In this document: piece by piece, positions 13,201-24,299 of the stretch
Layout of the letters: each line of letters opens with the position of its first letter
Numbering within the stretch: the first letter of the stretch is position 1
Assembly (NCBI RefSeq): GCF_052425735.1
Contig: NC_135766.1
Coordinates: 26,102,001-26,166,000 of the forward strand
Source of the DNA: Oculina patagonica
Lineage: Eukaryota
DNA length: 64,000 bases
Direction: 5' to 3'
Translations under genes and position numbers: made by a program
Notes under the pieces: model-generated
The model's database searches: none
Seen by the model: only the letters and a program-made list of their open reading frames with translations
Told to the model about the DNA's origin: nothing

Positions 13201-16200
13201 CCGCGCAAAGGTTTGGTTCTTTGACGAGGATGAAGAAAATCGTCGGCCAATTTTTGAATACTTTGAGCAGCTTGGCTTGGCAGAGGTAGTAGCGTTAGAA
13301 GCAGACACTGGGAGCAGTTCTTTGGGAAATATGTTCTCGAAAGAATCGTCTATAGAGGAATGGGAGAAGCAAGGAACATTCTTCTACAGCAAGAAGCTCT
13401 GGAAAGTTGCAGAAAAGTGCTTTACGATTTCTGGTAATATAGAGATGAGCCAAAAGTGTAAAGCTTACGAGCAAGCCGACCATGCCCGAAGCCTTCACAG
13501 TGAACCACGACGACTGAAGACCGAGTTTCTACGAGCAGCCGATCAGTTTCTGCAGTGCAACATGATCCAAGAAACTAGAGTCTGCTTGTATAATGCACGG
13601 GAACGCGCACTATACGCAAGCCTTCTTCAGAAGCTCGGCGAGGTAGGAGTCAGTCAGTTGTCATATCATAGCGCGAGCTTTTGGCTGTTGCAGACATGTC
13701 TTCTTTTCCGTTAGACAGTTTTCTATCTTTCTTTGAAGTTTGCAACTAGAATTTGAAGCTATGGTGGGTGGGCCGTTTTCAATGGTAAAATGTTGAAATT
13801 GAAGTCCTTTCCAATTTAATATTATTATTATCGTCTAATAACTAGTCAGTGAGAAGAATTTGCTGTGCCATATCGATATTGATCTCATTAATGGCCTCTT
13901 TGCTTTTTATAGGACAAAACTGCAGCAAGGTGGTTCGAAAAAGGAGGTAACTTTGTAGAAGCAAGTCAGTGCCTGGAGAAGCTTGGCGACTACAAAGAGG
14001 CAGTTGAAGTCCTTGTTCGTGGAAATCTATACCACAAGGCCATCGATGTGCTAAAGCGGTTCAACAGGCTATTACCAGTTTATCAAAGGAAGACCCCTGC
14101 ACCAGTGAGAACCCTTCAAGAATTGTACTTAGCCTCTGCTGAACTGCATTCCAAGGGAGGTAATGTCAAAGAAATGAAGAATTCGCTTCAATTTGTTCAC
14201 TCTGTCGAAGTACGAGTCGAGTTCTTGAAAAAGCGTAACTTGGTCGACGACGCTGCCAGGGAGCTGTTGACAGAAGGAAGAGGAGTTGAAGCTGCCAAGA
14301 TAATGAGAGAAAATGGATCCTTTTTTGTCGCAGCTTTTTATGCCAAAATCTCTGGTAACTCAAGACTTGCAGCTGATTGCATTTTCGCTCACGTTCGAAG
14401 CTCGACGGGAATGCCAAAAGAAGAGCAAATGAAACAGTTAGAAGAAGCTGAGAAGCTCTACAAGGAAGCAAAGCAGATGAACAGTTTTGGTGAAGTTCTT
14501 TTACAACAGGCCAAGCTTACTGGGGACCGTAGTAGAGTGGAAGAGGCTGCGAAGATTTTCAGATCGCCATTTGTTCAAAACACATGTGGGGAGCTTGAAT
14601 GTGTTGAATTTTTGTGCGATTTCGTGGGTGACGAATGTAGTGTTTCTGCCATGAGCACTTCGACTGCCGTGAAAATGGTGAAATCCGTTTTGCAATTGAT
14701 TAAGTCATTAAATGCAAGTAATCTGGATGTCGTGACACAGAAAGAAATCGAGCGATGTGAGGAACACTTTGGACTTCACATGGAAGGCGATCCGTCAAGG
14801 AGAGTTGTTAGACGCAAGGAAGGTGATCGTTTTCTTCACTTTGCTCAAGGAATGCAGAAACGTCCTGTTCCTGGTGGCAAATGGGAAGTAGATCTTCAAG
14901 ATGCTCGTGAACGTATCGCCGAATCTCTCTTTCACAGGGTTGTCAAACTAATTCGACAGATTCGTGGGCTTTTGCACAAAACGTTTGTCACACACGAGAC
15001 ATGCCAACGATTTTTAGTTGGCCTTCCTTGCAGATCTGAAAGTTGTCAATACCAACACAACCTCCCATCCCAAGACAGCACTGAAAAACTTTTCAGAGCA
15101 ATTTTGGATGAAATCTCGCTTGACGCTCAAGCTTACGATTTTAACAGAATGAAGAAGAAATTTGCCTTCCAGAATGCTGTGGTGTTCCAGACGGAGCTGG
15201 TTAGCTTGAAAGACCTTTTTCCGTCGGATGACTTTGCATCCTGTGAGAAACTTCTAGCCTTCTTTTTTCCAGCATATGGCCAATCATACAGCATTCGTCT
15301 GGAATCTTGCATCTCTTTTCTGCGAGGTGAGAGGTGTTGGTTTTACAAGCGACGACTCTTCAAGTTTGGCGAAGAATTATGGAAGAAGCGTTCGACCAAG
15401 GAAGACGTTCTTTCAAGTGCCGATTTATTCCTGTTTGTTTCACAGCTTCTTCAACTAATCGTGTCACCTCCATCAAGAATCCAGTCATGGGTCAAAGATG
15501 CGGAGGAGACATTTAAAAGAACGTGCGACATGAAGAACAACAAACCAGTTATTCCAAAATCAGTGGGTGTCGTTTTAGAAAAAGGTACACATGTTACCTT
15601 ATTTTCACGCTGGTGGGAACAGTCCAAGCGTCTTTTACACGCTTACGGTGACATCGTGGAGGCTGGACACACCGCAGTTCGCCGTTTCCTTTCGATGGCA
15701 GCTAACCCGGGAAAGAAACTTCCTCACCCATCACCAAGAAACTGTCTTGATATCCTGGAATTCTTTACGTGTGTCTACCTAGCTTTGTTCGCGCGTCTAC
15801 AACAGTCGCAGAAGTCTCGTTATTTCGTCTGTCTTCCTGCTAGCTACTCGTCGGTGATCTCGTTTTGGGACGCTCTTAACTGCACTACTGCGAGGCATGT
15901 TGGTGTTTACCGAGCAGCTGCGATGTACCAAAGTGATCCATTGACCATTCCCCAAATAAGGAGTTTTCTGGACTATGTTGTATCACTAATGCTGGGAGGA
16001 TATTCTCCGCATTTCAACGTGTTAAAAAAGGTCCTTCACCTGAATTCTTGCATTGAGTCAGGAGAGACAGAGCGTGCTCTAATTTTGGTCCTCACCATGC
16101 TCTGCAACTGCGGTCAGTCAATTCCATCTGACAGAGAGGTCATGCTCCTTCAAAACCTTTACACTGAACCACCCGATGATGTCATTCTTCCAGAGAGGAT

Positions 16201-17515
16201 TGACAGATGCCTGAAGCAGGTTCGGCAGGCCAAAGGAATTCGTGACATTGTGGTCATTCTTCAGGACCTTTTGGAAGAAAGACAAGAGGTTCTGTCCGAT
16301 GTTCATTGGAATAACTATCACCAGCGTCTGTGGTGGGACAAAGTGAACCTCAACAACTACATTGGTACCTTTCGCACCGATGTGTTGGAGAAAGTGGCCC
16401 AGACAACAGAAGTGCCACCAGCTGAAGAGGTGTCGGAGTCAGGAGGTGTGGAAGACAGTTTGACGGCCGAATTTGAAGTGCCGCTGACGTCCACGGGAGA
16501 CTTAGATCACACAAGAAATGAAAAGCTTGAAGCTATAGAAAGAGAGGAGGCCCTTCAAGCAGAATCTTGGGAAGAAGAAATTGCAGCGGAAGAATCGACT
16601 GTGGATGAAGTTCCTGCCGAACAGAAAGCCATTGAAGATCCTGTCGAGAGTATGTACTTCAGTACCTTTATAGTTGATCAATCTGGTTGTGGTATTTGCA
16701 ACGTGAGTTTCGTTGCAGATGACAGTGAAAACTGGCAATACCCTTCCGAAGACGTTCAAAGGGAATTTGAGAAGAACGATCTTGTTGCCAGTGACGTTGC
16801 CACACAGTTGGGCGACCTGAATCATCGCCGCGTCCAGAGTACTAGCCACCTTGCAGAGGATAGTCCACATTTGAAGAAGGTGGAACAGTTTGAGGCCTAT
16901 AAGAAGCTTTTCCGAGAGGAGTTCTATCCACACCTAACAACGCTAGACAATTTATTGAACGATTCTCAGCATCTTCTGAGGACAGCAGAAAACCAAGGGA
17001 AGTCTTTAAATATATTAAGTACCAAAGTGGACGAAGTAAACAGGGCTAATAATATCGTTATTGAAGTGACTTCAAGAATCCAACAACAGCGTGATTGGGC
17101 AGACTTGGAGCCTTTCAAGAAAGCCATCACGTCTTTGAGAGATGCTATGAACACTTGTGAAGAGGAAATCCGATTAGCAAGCTCTCGAGAAGAAGGTTGG
17201 TGGTTCTACCGGGTTCTACCTATTTATCTCCCTTACATGTGTTACCGGTCTTCCTAATGTGGCAAGTTTGTCTAAACCTGTGACTATTTCTTCAAGTTTC
17301 ACGAGTATAATGGAGAGCAAAATTCCTTTTTTGTTGTATTTTTGAATTGTTGTAGGTGTCTCTGTTTGACTTTGTTGTTTATCTGTTTGTTCTTCGCAGA
17401 TGCAAGGAGCAGTGTAAAGTCGTTTGCCCAAGCGTTAACTTGGAACTTGGATAATGAACCGGATATCAACGACGACCAATACGCTCACGTCCCAGGACTT
17501 AGGAAGAAGAAATAG
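4263..17515 (+). CDS. TRANK1: TPR and ankyrin repeat-containing protein 1 (TRANK1/LBA1)-like. Exons 4263-4547, 4943-5179, ~6073-6309, 7511-7664, 8157-8549, 9031-9244, 9679-12613, 13037-13642, 13913-17195, 17400-17515
   Basis: N-terminal TPR-like helical exons; ankyrin repeats (LLEHGADVN, QDKNGNTLLH, LLGAGANP); all SF1/UvrD motifs (GRSGTGKT, LYVDETQD, LTGDTAQS, YNYRSH, TIYEAKGLEFD, LYTAVTRAR); long C-terminal helical region. All junctions are phase-compatible (one GC donor). The terminal exon motif HVPGL(R/K)K is conserved in the paralog at 60896-60978. Confidence 0.92.
6620..6808. mobile_element. Long palindromic (foldback/MITE-like) element in a TRANK1 intron
   Basis: aacaaatggtaaacgtcatagcgtgcactattgagttacagatgcac pairs with gtgcatctgtaactcaatagtgcacgctatgacgtttaccatttgtt; the hairpin is nearly complete. 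Confidence 0.8.
6809..7166. mobile_element. MITE-like element with 13-bp terminal inverted repeats abutting the palindrome
   Basis: ttatagcacaact (6809-6821) and agttgtgctataa (7154-7166). Confidence 0.55.
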
Positions 17516-18048
17516 GAAAGAGAACTACAAATAAGCACTGTCGTTCCTCGACAGAGAAAACTGATTTGGCAAAACATTTGGAAATTTAAAAAACCTTTAT
17601 TACCACAATTTGTTGCAGATTTGATTAAAGGGCTCGTGGCACGTTAATGTGCATGTTTAGCTTAGAATGTCAGGGACGCTTCAAACGCTATAGAAGACGA
17701 GCTCGCTTTTTCAAGCAAAACAGGTGGTTTGCAGAACAGTAGTTTAAATCTGGTTTTTGTTTTGACGGAAAAAACATTCCAATCTTGAGATTGTTTGTAA
17801 AATAATTATTTGTAAAATGACCTGCTCATTACTTGTCTATTTGTCCCTAAGGCATAATTGTTAGGTTTTCGCACTTATACAAAAATAGTTAACAGGTCGG
17901 TATTTTGTAACTGCGCAGTTGTTTTGTTAAAGAAGTGAAAAGCGTTCGTTCTCCCAAAGCTTCATTTGTACGCCCTTGGATTAACTAATTGTACATAACT
18001 AGTAAAGTATTTTTCGTTTGTCTCACGACGTAGTCACGTGTGATGGAG

Positions 18049-18092
18049 ATCGCGACGTTTCGACTGCACACTGCTAGTCTTCATCAGGCGAT
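18049..18092 (-). ncRNA. Minimal type I hammerhead ribozyme motif (pLTR)
   Basis: atcgc-CUGAUGA-a-gacu(agcagugugc)aguc-GAAAC-GUC-gcgau: intact core, stem I of 5 bp, stem II of 4 bp. Confidence 0.8.
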
Positions 18093-18618
18093 AAGGTCGA
18101 CTGGTTGTGTGTGAACTTATAAAGCACGCTGCCGCGCTGCGGTTGGTTGGTTTTCAACAGCTGTAATTGGTGCATTTCGATCCTTGCTGTTTCTGTGTCT
18201 TGTTGTTCCCTCAGCGGTCCGGTGTTGTTGGTGTGTTCAGCAACGGCGAAGGTCTGGGTACGGGCGAGTCGGAAGTCTCGGTCGTGCTCTTTGATCCTGT
18301 CTTGCATAGGTCTTCCCGTCTCACCGATGTAAACTTTGCCACATTCACAGGGAATCCTGTAAACAACGCCATCTTGCTAACTAAAATCAACAGCGTCTTT
18401 CGGCCGTACTAGGAGACTACCCTAACGGATAATGGAATTGAAATTCCTGAAGCATGGATGCCCAGGCACGATCAAAAAACACAACAACAGGAGAACTGTA
18501 CGACAGCGGACCACTGAGGGAATAACAGGACACAGAAACAGCGAGGATCGAAATGCACCAATTACAGCTGTTGAAAAGCAACCAACCACAGCGCGGCAGC
18601 GTACAACCAGTCGACCTT

Positions 18619-18662
18619 ATCGCCTGATGAAGACTAGCAGTGTGCAGTCGAAACGTCACGAT
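18619..18662 (+). ncRNA. Minimal type I hammerhead ribozyme motif (second pLTR)
   Basis: atcgc-CUGAUGA-agacuagcagugugcaguc-GAAACGUC-acgau: core intact, one mismatch in stem I. Confidence 0.72.
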
Positions 18663-20161
18663 CTTCATCACACGTGTCTACGTCGTGAGACAAACGAAAA
18701 AAATACTTTATTATTGTACTCTACCACGATGAATAACCACAACATTTTTTACGATATTGCACATAACTGTTGAACGTTCGTGGCTTCCACGTCGCCTTCA
18801 GCCTATTTTTGTGTTGTCTGAACTGAACGAAGCCCTGTACCAGTTCCTTGTTATAATTATACGGTTTGTAACAACAGCTAATAGAATATAGATATTGTAG
18901 TGAGGCAGTTGCTCTTACAACAGGAACCCAGGGAACCTAGAGTCTACTGGCTGCCTTGTTACTGTCTCTTTTACCTCTTCCAACTATATACCAGACAATC
19001 AGTCACCGAAAACTACTCTTACCATACACAAGCTTTTATGCCAACTCTAGGTACTCCTGGGATTCTAGCCAAACAAACAAACTACTCGGATGTAAATCCC
19101 AGACATACCAGCTGACTTACTAAGGCAAGCAAAGATTAACCATTTAAAGCCAGCAAAAGACAACTATTTGAAGGGAGAGCTAACCTTGGATCTATTTAAG
19201 GAAGGTAGTAGTCAAGGTCGCAAGAAAGACAAATACATCTTAACAGGTAAGGTGTTGTTTTGAACGTCAAATCTCTCGGACAAACAAGAGAAGTATCCAG
19301 GAATTAGGTGTAGCAGATGTGAGAGCTAATCTTGGCTTGCCAAAACGACCTTAATTTGATCACAAAATTATCAGTAAACAGTTAGTTCCTTAACAATATG
19401 AAAAGCAGGCTAAAGGGAAATGCGTCATTAAACTTTTAGTCCTTAGCTCGAAATTTTAGTTCTTACGATTCTCATACATATCTTTCGTTAAAAGTCCGGA
19501 GAATTTTTTGATACACGAAGACTCGCATCTTATTTAGATTGGTACTTTTTCTAGTCTTGTGTTCCAAGACTTGAAGTTGAAACTTGGAAATTAAAGTGAC
19601 CATACGAACAAGTAGTCATGGAAACAAGCCCAAACCCTGAGAACCATAAACAGTTTTGTCTCATTCGACTCATTCTTTATTCTCGTCAGTGCAATCAGAT
19701 TCTTTCACTTCGTAAATCCGATTCTTTCCTTCGCGTGCTGGAAGCTTATCGTATTATCGCGCATATAAACTTGTGAATGCTAAGCACAGGTGTTACATCC
19801 GAGTATGGTAAAATAGCTTAACGACACACCCTCTCTTAAATATGATAAAAATAACATAAGCTCCCCGGATTTAACAGAAAATTGAAAGTATACTATAGGG
19901 TACTTCTGAAGGTCAGCCAAACTGACGCTAATTTAATGGGACGCCCAGAAAAGTGTTTTGGGTGTATTTTGGAAGATAAAAAGAGAGCACAATTACCGTG
20001 AAGGGCAGCATACTGGTTAAACAGAATTGCATATTGTATTGGATGTATCCTTTTTCTGGGAAAGAACAAAGAGGAAACAAAAAAAAAGAGTAATTTTTTT
20101 GTGACCTAATGTTTGGCCAGTTCGAGTCTTGTGCCTCGCCGTCAAACTCAACTTTTCAATT

Positions 20162-20302
20162 TACAGTAGAATCCCGATTTCTCGAAACTCCCGAATATTT
20201 GAACCAATTTTCCTTGGATTGTACTTCTCTGTAATTCTACTCCCGACTTCTCGAAGCAATTTTCGTTTTCCCTGGAGGGTCGAGAAATCGGCATTCTTCA
20301 CT
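20162..20302. mobile_element. Short MITE
   Basis: TIRs agaatcccgatttctcga and tcgagaaatcggcattct; also present in the inverted copy at ~55298-55444. Confidence 0.55.
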
Positions 20303-23300
20303 GGCTCTTGCCCAGGCTTCCCATGAGCCATATTTCTTCACCCAGCATGTTGTATAAGTTCCAAAACTACATCAAATATTTCAGTGTAAACTTCTCTTTC
20401 TTTTAAGAGTGGCTTAAAATAATGAATAGTTCCACGTGAGTGGACTTAGAAATGCAATATTGGTTCTGGGAGCGTTGTAAAGTTCGTTTTGACTATATTG
20501 ACCATTGGAAATTCACTTTAGTGTATATTGACCCTAAATTCTTCATTAGGGGAAATAATTTGGCGTGGAATGTCAATATTATATTAAGTTACCTGCCTGT
20601 CACGACATTGCTAATGATGAGAGTATCTGGAATTGAGAAGAACATGTTCCATGTGAAGAGCTAGAGCTTTTCTTAGTTTGGTTCAAGCTTTCCGGCGTTT
20701 TGAGAACAAGTGTGGTCTCTGAATATTTATAACGTAAAAAGGTAAGCGCACTTTTATGAAAACTGGTTTGATATGGCGGGTGGCTGACTATAAACTCTAT
20801 ATCTTATGATACGTGCGTAAGCAAACTCAATCCATACTTTATATGTTCCTGTCCTTCAAATCTCTTTCTTTTACGAGTGTTTACGAAAAAAGATCGCGTA
20901 TTAAGTAGATTAGTGTTCAGGATATATTTACTGTGAGTAAATCCAGCATGGAATGAGGAGAAAAACATGTTAGTATATTATCTAGACGCACCAATGACCT
21001 TCCGGCAATATCTCGATTGAAATAATTTTCCGAGCGCTGTCAATAAAACGCCACTTGCAATAAAGCTGAGAGTTTTTTTTAATACAGAACTTGTACATAA
21101 TGGACCCTTAGCTTTTCATATTTTTCTGTATTTGCGGTTTGACAAACCGTGACCTGTGAGCATAAGATTTTCATTTGTTAATCAACGCAGTGACACTACT
21201 GTTGTTATGAATCACGTAGTACGCGTTCAAAGATAGAAACTGAACACGATCAATGCTTCATTCAATCATCTGACCTTTAGTCTTACTCTACAATAGAGTT
21301 TCTTGTGTTTCTTACTGTAAAATGTCTTCTAGAAGTGTTTATGTTATGCGTCATGTAAAAAACACAAAGTATATAACTCCATATAATTGTTGTACGCGCG
21401 CGACCGCATTGAAGTAGAATTTGGCAACTGTACCTAATAATCGAGTTATTATGGTTTTATTCTTAAAATTTATTAAATTAAAAGGATTAAACATGAACCG
21501 CAGAGAGTGTCTGCTATATATAACAAAAAATCTCTCTTGATACATACCGCTAATTTCCGTGTATTTCCGATGTACTTAATTATCTAAAAGAACATATTTT
21601 AGCGCAGCAGTATCGTATTTGGAAACATTTTTCGTGTAAATGTATAATTTCTTGATTGTTATTAGTACCATGATACCATGATGTATGTCGTGTTTTTTTG
21701 CATTTTTTTAAATTCTAATTTCTGTTTTCTTTTTTTTTTTTCGATGACAGAGTTATCATCGTTTAATTAATACTGTCAGATTCTCTCACTGGCAACTATC
21801 TCTTTTCTCAGCCAATTTTTTTTCTCAAAGAAGCTTACATACACAATAGCTCTTGAATGCCAATTTTCATAAACTCGATTTTAAATTGCTTTTCATAATC
21901 ACTGCTACTTGCCGGCCGAAAAGATGTCCATCAGTAAAATAAATACCTGAGGCTTGCGTTATTTCAGCTCAAGACTAGTCAGTGAGAGGGAAAGTACGCT
22001 AGCCTGCAAGCCGGATGTTTTGTCGATGTCATGTCGCGCACAAAATTCTTCCGTAAGCCCTAGGATATAAGAAAGCGCACTCCAGGTACAACCTCGTTCC
22101 CAGGGTCTTTCCAGGCCGGTCTGCTGACTGCATGAAATGAAGTTTTAGTGGATTTTGGTTGATTTCTTATCTATCCACAAGGCAACTATCAATTCCTTTA
22201 TCTGTAATCTACTTCCCTATCGGCAAAAATACTGATAACCTCAAATTTCAATTTTTCCATGTTGAATCTGCTTGCGAACATTTGCCTTATTTTTTAGCTT
22301 TGGAAAACGTTATTACCCAAGACAAATGGACGAAACCTTGTTTAGAACAGATTATGTTCTTATGACCGTAAACTGAGTATCCGTCACCAGTGTTAATGTC
22401 AATTTGTGAGTAGCAGTTTGCATGTGGTATCAAACTAACCCAAATGGCGTCCTGAAGCGGTTTTTCTGTCATAACAAAAAGAAAAGATGTAATTCCAAAA
22501 AAGGCTTCACGCTGACTTAAATTGTTTCATGGCTCATCCGATTGGTGGCTTTTCCTTTCATCAATTTTATCTTTCGTCACAGAACTCTTGTTTTGTTTTA
22601 TGATGGCGGGAAGTTTATTGGACTCCGTATGAACTTTGAATCTACGCCGACCGCTATAATTTGAGATTGATGATGTTCTGCTAGAGAAATGTTCCACTTT
22701 ATACGGTAGGTTATAACCTTGCAGTATTTTACATGCTCCCTGACGGACAAGCTTTGTCGAACTCAATTGCAAATCATTGTTTCATTCAGTTGAAACTAAT
22801 CAGTGACTTTAAATGAACAATAAAGACACAAAATAGCAATCAGAGTACTAAAATAGCATCGGTGGCTTCCAATAAACGTAAAATGAAAAAGAAATAGTTA
22901 CTTCACATTGTAGGTCAAAATTTCAAGTCACCCTACTGACTCACTGACTAATGCGCTTAGAAATCTGGGTCGCACGTGTTCAGAGTGTTAATGGCAAAGC
23001 TAGTGTACTGTTGGATTATCTATTGCGATATTTTGTTTCAAAGTGAGTTGCATTTGACCTGACAGAACGTTAGTTGCACATGTATCGTCTGTATCCAAAC
23101 ATTTTCTAAGTGGTTCTAGTTGGGTGCATCTCGATTTAATTTCACTAGCGCTTGATTAGCTGCTTTATTCTCATGACCTACAATACTGACTTTGAAGTGA
23201 AATTGGGGATGGAGAATTTTCATGTTGATCATTTATGGCGTTACGTAATGAAATTACGTAATGCGATTCAAACTGAGATTTATGGGTTTGCTTTGGCAGA

Positions 23301-24299
23301 TAAATATAGTCTCGAGTCTCGCAGAACCCTCTAAAGTTACTGGTCTTTATTTCATTTGAGATTTGGGAAGCTATAGCATCTAAACCCTATGTCACGCCTA
23401 AAATTTTCTTTTTGAGCCAAAAAAGGATTGTTCAGGGCCAGGGACCGGGAATGAAGGGTTTTATTGACCTTTGAAGTGCAACGGAAAATGACATGCGTTT
23501 CATCAGCTGAAAATAATGAAGATTTGGAGAGCATGCCAAATGTGGCGAGTCTTATCAGAAAATAGTCGAGAGAGCGAGGAAAAATCTACAAATCTATTTT
23601 ACCTACCACACCTCAAAGGCGTGATTTTATAGGATTTGTATGGAAGGGTCTGGAAAAGAGCAATTTGTTCTCTATATCTACGATTAAATTTTGAGCACCC
23701 TTATTACGAGATTGAATCATTGTCGGTAAATTTTACGTTGATAAATTTGAAATACATTTAAGCAGTTACAAATAAAGTGGCCAAGTCAAGGAGTTGATCA
23801 TGTAATAAAAAGGTTTTGACTGAAATATAAACTCTCCCAGACAGAACGATAGAAAAAACGAGGAGCAGTGGGGAGAACTTTGATGTCGATCTTGTGAAGC
23901 TTTGACTTCCTAAAATGAAAACTCCTGCTAATATTTTCCAGGGCACGATAAACAGCTTTTCATATCTTAGAATGTTAATGATATGAAATAGAAACTAGGA
24001 TTTGGTATTTTCAGTTAATAATACTTCCTGAGTTCCAGGTTTAAGTCCCTTATGCAAACATCGGTTTCCAAATGAGGCTGTTTGCGCCCGCAATACATCT
24101 CAAATCAAAACATTGAATTTCTTTTTATTGCATTCGATGCCGGTTGTTTAATCTCTGCAGGACTTTAAGAAATTTGCAAGTTTAAAAGCCACCTTAAGGA
24201 GCTGTTTTTGTTTCGCTAAAATTGCTTCATTCATGGTTTATTTGATTAATGTGTGAATGAGATCACCTTGAGCGGGAGTCGCGGCGAAACCATTCAAAA

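Larger units (their letters stand above)
18001..18755. mobile_element. Penelope-like retroelement fragment: GIY-YIG endonuclease remnant with inverted pLTRs
   Basis: The minus strand encodes QDGVVYRIPCECGKVYIGETGRPMQDRIKEH (PLE GIY-YIG). The plus strand carries an ORF C-terminus (DNGIEIPEAWMP). A ~210-bp inverted repeat spans ~18005-18221 vs ~18507-18712. It is flanked by a direct repeat attgtacataact/attgcacataact, and the element is absent from the duplicated copy near 56875. Confidence 0.9.

Noticed and set aside
17196-17257. ORF-track C-terminus GWWFYRV...RSS of TRANK1
   Set aside because: Read-through into an intron; the donor and terminal exon are conserved in the paralog.
20129-22772. 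Short ORFs conserved between the two copies
   Set aside because: Their conservation merely reflects near-identical duplicated DNA; no recognisable domains or splice structure.
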